64,000 nucleotides of DNA. It comes from Vicinamibacteria bacterium (GTDB lineage Bacteria; Acidobacteriota; Vicinamibacteria; Marinacidobacterales; Marinacidobacteraceae). The notes below the pieces were generated by a model, which searched no databases, was not told the origin of the DNA, and was given only the letters and a program-made list of their open reading frames with translations. Positions 59,253 to 64,000 of this stretch are shown piece by piece (positions within the stretch are counted from its first letter, which is position 1; every line of letters begins with the position of its first letter). Position numbers and translations under genes: made by a program. The stretch lies in contig OY821641.1 in assembly GCA_963555995.3 (NCBI GenBank), forward strand, positions 2,048,001 through 2,112,000, read 5' to 3'.

Positions 59253-60560
59253 TCAGTCCTGGGTGGAGAAGAGGTCGTAGGGCTGTTCGTTGTACCAGAA
59301 GACCAGCATGATCTCGAAGTCGGCGCCGGGGTAGTCGTCCGGGAGCGGCAGCAACTGGGCGCCCCGGAGCGCCCCGACCGCGGCGTTGTCGAAACCGGGG
59401 ACTCCCGAGGGGACCACCACCTGGAGCCAGGCGAGGTCGCCGCTCCGCAGGACGCTGATGGCGATCGCCACGTGGCCGCGGTCGTAGCTCGCCGCGTAGG
59501 GGATGTACCAGTTGCGGCGCACCTCCGCGATCAGCCGGCTGATCCAGGGCACCAGGTTGGCGCCCCGGTCGTCGTAGTAGAGGGTGTTGTTGCGGTTCGA
59601 GACGAGCCCGCCCTCCGGGTTCCGGAACCGCTTCCCCTCGAGGAAGCGCCAGATGTCGGTGGGCGCGCCCTGCCGGCGGCGCTCCGCCTCCGCCTGCGCC
59701 CGCGCCTCGCGCATCGCGATTTCGTTGCCGAGCCGCCGCACGTCGGCGGCCGGGTCGTTGATGAGCCGCCGGAAGGCGTCGGCGTCGAATGTGAGCCGCG
59801 GTTCCTCTGCGGCGGACCCCGGGACCTCGGGCGCCGGTGCGCCGGGCGCGTCCGCCGCTTCCTCGATTGCCGGAATCTCGGCGAGCAGTTCCGGTTCCGG
59901 CTCGTCGGCGCTCGCGCTCGAATCGTCCTCGGCGGCCGGTTCGTCTCCCATCTCGTGATCGATATAGAACTCCTCGTCCTCGCCCTCGGAGAACGGCAGG
60001 TCGTTCTGGAAACCGGTGCTGGGGACCGCGATCTGCGCCTCCGGGATGACGAGTCCTCCCGCTGGTGGCGGCGGCGCCGGCGCCGGCTGGGCTTCCGGAG
60101 CCTCGGGGACCGCTTCCTCGGGGGCAGGGACCGGAGGCAGGGGCTCGACCAGCGCTTCGAGCGGCTCCGGCTCGTCGAGCGGCGGCGCCTCGAAGGCGTA
60201 GAGGAGGGGCTCCTCCTCGGGTTCGACCGCGCCCGGCTCCGCCGCCACGGGAACGAGGCCGCCCACGAACAGGAGCAGCAGCAACAGGTGGAATCCGGCC
60301 GAGGCGGCGGCGACGGCGGCGCGCCGCCGGACGGAGACGCCGGTCAGGTCGTCGAGGGTTCCGCCCCGGCTCAGGCCGGTGAACAGCCGGCCGGGGACCG
60401 GGACCGGGCCGCGGGCGCCGGGCCCCGGCGGAGCGCCGGAACGCGAACGGCGGAAGGGAGGCGTTCCGGAAGGCCGGCGGGGGGCCTTCCCTGCCCCGCC
60501 GGAAGCGGTCTGGCGCTCTTCGGGATCGTTCAGTCCGAGCCCCTGGAAGTCGGGACTCAT
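59253..60560 (-). CDS. TonB family protein
   Basis: TM segment with SxxxH (SAGFH), Pro/Glu-rich linker, C-domain EVRRNWYIP...SG...FDNAA..AL...PLP. Confidence 0.82.
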   Translation of the reverse strand: MSPDFQGLGLNDPEERQTASGGAGKAPRRPSGTPPFRRSRSGAPPGPGARGPVPVPGRLFTGLSRGGTLDDLTGVSVRRRAAVAAASAGFHLLLLLLFVGGLVPVAAEPGAVEPEEEPLLYAFEAPPLDEPEPLEALVEPLPPVPAPEEAVPEAPEAQPAPAPPPPAGGLVIPEAQIAVPSTGFQNDLPFSEGEDEEFYIDHEMGDEPAAEDDSSASADEPEPELLAEIPAIEEAADAPGAPAPEVPGSAAEEPRLTFDADAFRRLINDPAADVRRLGNEIAMREARAQAEAERRRQGAPTDIWRFLEGKRFRNPEGGLVSNRNNTLYYDDRGANLVPWISRLIAEVRRNWYIPYAASYDRGHVAIAISVLRSGDLAWLQVVVPSGVPGFDNAAVGALRGAQLLPLPDDYPGADFEIMLVFWYNEQPYDLFSTQD

Positions 60561-60949
60561 GGCTCCGGGGCCCCGGCCTCCACCTGGAACTCCAGGATGG
60601 CCTGAACGGCCGTCCGGCCGTCCACCGAAGCGACCGCGTCGAAGCGCCGCCGCTCTCCCTCCGCCTCGGCCGGAGTGACCTCGAGTTCGAGGGTTTCTCC
60701 GGGGCCGACCCGGCGGCGGAACCGCACGAGGGGCAACGATGCAAGCCTCGCGCCGGGCGGGAGCGACCGGCGGGCGCACTCGGCGAGCGCTTCCACCATG
60801 AAGACGCCCGGAACCACCGGCATCGCCGGGAAGTGTCCGGCGAAGAACGGCTCGTCCTCGGGGATGCGCCGGCACGCGGTGACGCGCCCGGCGGCATCAG
60901 GCCCCCCGATCTCGTCGAGGAGCGGCCCGGCTCCGTCCAGGCTCGTCAT
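60557..60949 (-). CDS. fabZ: FabZ-like 3-hydroxyacyl-ACP dehydratase
   Basis: FFAGHFP..PVVPGVFMVEALAE and FRRRVGPGETL motifs. Follows skp. Confidence 0.72.
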   Translation of the reverse strand: MTSLDGAGPLLDEIGGPDAAGRVTACRRIPEDEPFFAGHFPAMPVVPGVFMVEALAECARRSLPPGARLASLPLVRFRRRVGPGETLELEVTPAEAEGERRRFDAVASVDGRTAVQAILEFQVEAGAPEP

Positions 60950-60973
60950 CCCGGCCCCGCCGGTCGCGGGCTC

Positions 60974-61558
60974 TTACCGCCCGCCGTCGGATCCCTCGTC
61001 CCCGCCTTCGCCGCCGCCGCCCAGCGCGTTGAACCGCTCGATCACCTCGGCCGAGATGTCGAGCGCGGGGTCCATGATGAAAGTCAGTCCCGGGGTCACG
61101 CGGAGGATCAACTGGATGTTCCGCTCGCGGGCCACCTCCTCCACGACCGGGCCGAGGTCCGCCTCGAGGGCGCCGAAGCCGCTGGTCTGCTTCTCGTTGA
61201 ACTCGCGCTGCTGGTCCTCAAGCCAGCGCTGGAGGTCGGTGTTCTTGCGTTCGATGTCGCGCGTCAGGTCGGCGCGCGCTTCCGCGGAGAGCAGTTGCGA
61301 CTGCGCCCGGTTGTTCAGGTCGCGGAGCTCCTGTTCCCGCGTCTGCCGTCCGCGCAGGATCTCTTCCTGCAGCGTCTGCAACTCGGCGAACATCGTCTGT
61401 CCCCGGGCGGATTCCTGGGCGACGCGGTCAATGTCAATGACCGCCACCCGGGTGGGCTCGGCGGTCTGGGCGGCGAGGACGGACGGGGCGGCCAGCAACA
61501 GCCCGATCAGCGCCGCTCCCGGGAAGCCGCCCCGGAGGCGGCGGGCAAAACGATTCAT
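60974..61558 (-). CDS. skp: OmpH/Skp periplasmic chaperone
   Basis: RVAVIDIDRV, coiled coil, DISAEVIERFN. Follows bamA. Confidence 0.88.
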   Translation of the reverse strand: MNRFARRLRGGFPGAALIGLLLAAPSVLAAQTAEPTRVAVIDIDRVAQESARGQTMFAELQTLQEEILRGRQTREQELRDLNNRAQSQLLSAEARADLTRDIERKNTDLQRWLEDQQREFNEKQTSGFGALEADLGPVVEEVARERNIQLILRVTPGLTFIMDPALDISAEVIERFNALGGGGEGGDEGSDGGR

Positions 61559-61633
61559 GACGTTGGTCAACTCCCTGAAACTCTGCTCGGACACGTTTTT
61601 TCGATCGGGGGAACGCGGCGCTTCCCGCGGCCG

Positions 61634-64000
61634 CTAGAAGGTGGTTCCGATCCCGAAGACGAAGGCCGTGGGCCGATGGTAGTAGTCCCGATGGGGATTG
61701 TAGGCGAAGATGAGGCGGAACGGCACGTTCAGCATGGGGATGAACACCCGCATCTCGATGCCCGTCGAGGTGCGGAAATCCTGCAGCATGGAGAAGCTCC
61801 AGTTGTCCTCCTCGGCGAAGGCGTTCCCCGCGTCGAAGAACAGGATGGCGCGGAGCGGGCCGGCCAGCGGGATCGCGTACTCGGCGTTGAACAGCAGCAT
61901 CTTGTCCCCGCCGAGGAGCTGGCCGCGCGCGTTCCGCGGGCCCACCGAGCGGATGTAGTAACCGCGGATCTGGTACTCGCCGCCGAGGAAGAACCGGTTG
62001 TAGTAGGGGACGCCCGTCTGCTCGACGTCGAAGATGTCGATCTCCTCGCCCTCCGGCGGATCCACGCCGCCGTAGCCGTGCAGGTAGCTGCCCATGACCC
62101 GCATGCCGAGCGAGGTGTTGCCGATCACCCGCATGTGGTGCACGAACTCCAGGGTCGGCTTGTAGTAGTGGACGTTGCCGCCGAGCTGGCCGCCGGCGAT
62201 GTCGAACGAGCCCGTCAGTTTCCGCCCGGTGCTCGGGAAGATCGGGTGGTCCACGGTGTTGTAGACGAAGGTCGGGCTGATCTTGCTCTCCCGGAAGTTG
62301 CCGGACAGCCCGTAGAAGCGCGGGTCCAGGTAGGTGGAGTTGTAGTAGAGGTCGTAGAGGTTGAGGACGATGTCCGGGTCCGGCTCGCTCACCGTGATGA
62401 CCGAGTAGCCGTAGTTCAGGAACGCCCGCGACCAGCGGCCGAGCGGCACGCCGAAGACGATACGGCCGCCGATGTCGCCGCGCGTGAACTCGCGCAGCTT
62501 GAGGACCCGGCTGAACACGTCGAAGCCGAGCGTGATCGGCTTGTCCATGAAGTAGGGATCGGTGATCGCGATCTGGTAGTTCTGGGTGCGGCTGCCGGTC
62601 TGGACGGTGAAGTTCGCGGTCTCGCCGCGTCCGAGGAAGTTCGTGGTCCCGAAGGAGGCGTTCACGAACAGCCCCTCGAGCCCGGAGACCCCGGCCCCGA
62701 AGGTGAGCTGGTTCCGGTTCTCCTCGACCACGTCGAGCGTGATGTCGAGCTTCGTCTCGTCGGCCGGGCTGGGTTCGATGACCGGCTGCTCGATGGGCCG
62801 GAAGTAGCCGAGCTGGTTGATCCGCTGGATGGAGGCCTTGAGCAGTTCCATGTTCATGATGTCCTGCTCGTTCAGCCACATCTCGCGGCGGATGACCCGG
62901 TCCTTGGTGGTGGAGTTCCCCCGGAACTCGATCTTGTTCACCAGGAACTGGTCCTCTTCCGCGAGGTTGATGACCACGTCCACGATCTTCTCCTCGGGAC
63001 GCCGGTGCCAGGTTGGGAACCCGGTGAACTGCACGTAGCCGCGGGCGCCGTAGAGCTCGCGGAGCGATTCGAGCGCGTCGTTGACCTTCGACTCGTCGTA
63101 GACCTCGCCGGCCTGAATCGGGAAGAAGGCCCGGACGAAATCGGCCGGGAACACCTCGGCGCCCTCGACCGTGACCTCGCCCACCCGGTACTGCTCCCCC
63201 TCGACCACCGGGATCGTGACGTCCATCCAGCGCTTCTGACGCTTCCAGAACAGGAACTGCCGCGAGTAGCCGTCCTCGTACTCGAACTGCGGGGGGCCGA
63301 ACGAGACGTCGAGGTAGCCCTGCTTCAGGTACTCCTGCCGGACGGCCTCGATGTCCTCGGCGTACTGCTCCTCGGTGTAGGTGGACCCGCCGAGCAGCGC
63401 CCCGAGGGCGTGGCTCTCGCGGGTCTTCTTCATCGCCCAGCGGAGCGGCCACTCGTCGAGCGCCTCGATCCCCTCGAAATGGATCCGGCGGATCCGGATC
63501 TGCTGCTCGTCGTTGATGTTGAAGACGATCCTGACGCCGGTGTCGTCTTCGGTGATCTCGCTCGCCACCGCGCCTTCGGTGCGGCCCTTGTCCACGAGCA
63601 TCTCCTCGATGATCTCCCGCGCCCGGACCACCTTGTCGGGGTCGTAGGGAGCCCCCACCCCGATCACCGAATCCTCTTCCTCGAGCTTCTCGAGGATGTC
63701 GTCCTCGTCGAGCTCCTCCGACCCGAGGAACTCCAGGGTGACCACCCGGGGACGCTCGTGGACCACGAACACCACCAGCTTGCCGCCCCGCGGCCCGTCG
63801 CGCAGTTCGAGCCGCATGTCGTCCGCAAAACCGGTGTTCCAGAGCGTGCGGAACTCCGCGCGCAGCGCCTCGCGGTCCACCGGGTCCCCGGGCTTCACGG
63901 TCAGGTGGGCGAGCCAGGCGTCGGCCGCGATCAGGTCGTTGCCCTCGATGAGCACGGCTTCGACCGTCTCCGTCGCCTGGACCGCCGCGGGCGGCGCCGG
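61634..64000 (-). CDS. bamA: Outer membrane protein assembly factor BamA (5' end outside window)
   Basis: POTRA repeats (GNSTTKDRVIRRE), NFLGRGE, FFLGGEYQIRGY, C-terminal FGIGTTF. Frame is open to the window edge. Confidence 0.96.
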   Translation of the reverse strand, partial: PAPPAAVQATETVEAVLIEGNDLIAADAWLAHLTVKPGDPVDREALRAEFRTLWNTGFADDMRLELRDGPRGGKLVVFVVHERPRVVTLEFLGSEELDEDDILEKLEEEDSVIGVGAPYDPDKVVRAREIIEEMLVDKGRTEGAVASEITEDDTGVRIVFNINDEQQIRIRRIHFEGIEALDEWPLRWAMKKTRESHALGALLGGSTYTEEQYAEDIEAVRQEYLKQGYLDVSFGPPQFEYEDGYSRQFLFWKRQKRWMDVTIPVVEGEQYRVGEVTVEGAEVFPADFVRAFFPIQAGEVYDESKVNDALESLRELYGARGYVQFTGFPTWHRRPEEKIVDVVINLAEEDQFLVNKIEFRGNSTTKDRVIRREMWLNEQDIMNMELLKASIQRINQLGYFRPIEQPVIEPSPADETKLDITLDVVEENRNQLTFGAGVSGLEGLFVNASFGTTNFLGRGETANFTVQTGSRTQNYQIAITDPYFMDKPITLGFDVFSRVLKLREFTRGDIGGRIVFGVPLGRWSRAFLNYGYSVITVSEPDPDIVLNLYDLYYNSTYLDPRFYGLSGNFRESKISPTFVYNTVDHPIFPSTGRKLTGSFDIAGGQLGGNVHYYKPTLEFVHHMRVIGNTSLGMRVMGSYLHGYGGVDPPEGEEIDIFDVEQTGVPYYNRFFLGGEYQIRGYYIRSVGPRNARGQLLGGDKMLLFNAEYAIPLAGPLRAILFFDAGNAFAEEDNWSFSMLQDFRTSTGIEMRVFIPMLNVPFRLIFAYNPHRDYYHRPTAFVFGIGTTF

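Noticed and set aside
56761-60897. 1378-aa ORF as one giant protein
   Set aside because: The N-terminal ~650 aa is an off-frame read through fabZ, tonB and a REPIN. SpoIID-like sequence with a signal peptide begins at ATG 58941.

Overview
High-GC bacterial chromosomal window (roughly 70% by eye). Gene content and protein style suggest an Acidobacteriota-like diderm, which is an inference only. Housekeeping blocks are a 10-gene Mrp-type cation/H+ antiporter operon, rpsT, fetAB, ahcY, tpx, carD-like/xseA/xseB/ispA/NAD kinase, icd-mdh-sucC-sucD-ndk-dcd-dut, coaD/rsmD, recG, and bamA-skp-fabZ-tonB-spoIID-miaA. An accessory stretch at about 11.5-25.2 kb holds exported hydrolases, two TolB-like lipoproteins, an IS3/IS21 chimeric scar and two tandem erythromycin-esterase-family lipoproteins. 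No rRNA, tRNA or CRISPR array was seen. The main unexplained structure is non-coding: about 24 REP-like palindromes assembled into modular REPIN-like elements, some with a fixed-length hypervariable core, and a second MITE family whose conserved core is paired with different termini. Other notable items are toxin-antitoxin loci with dead toxins (frameshifted YafQ, deleted AbiEii, possibly a third), a two-domain fused XseB, a divergent CarD-like protein, a cyanobacterial-type insert in Icd, and a duplicated promoter plus signal-peptide module. Coordinates were read by eye and family assignments come from motif recognition, not database searches.
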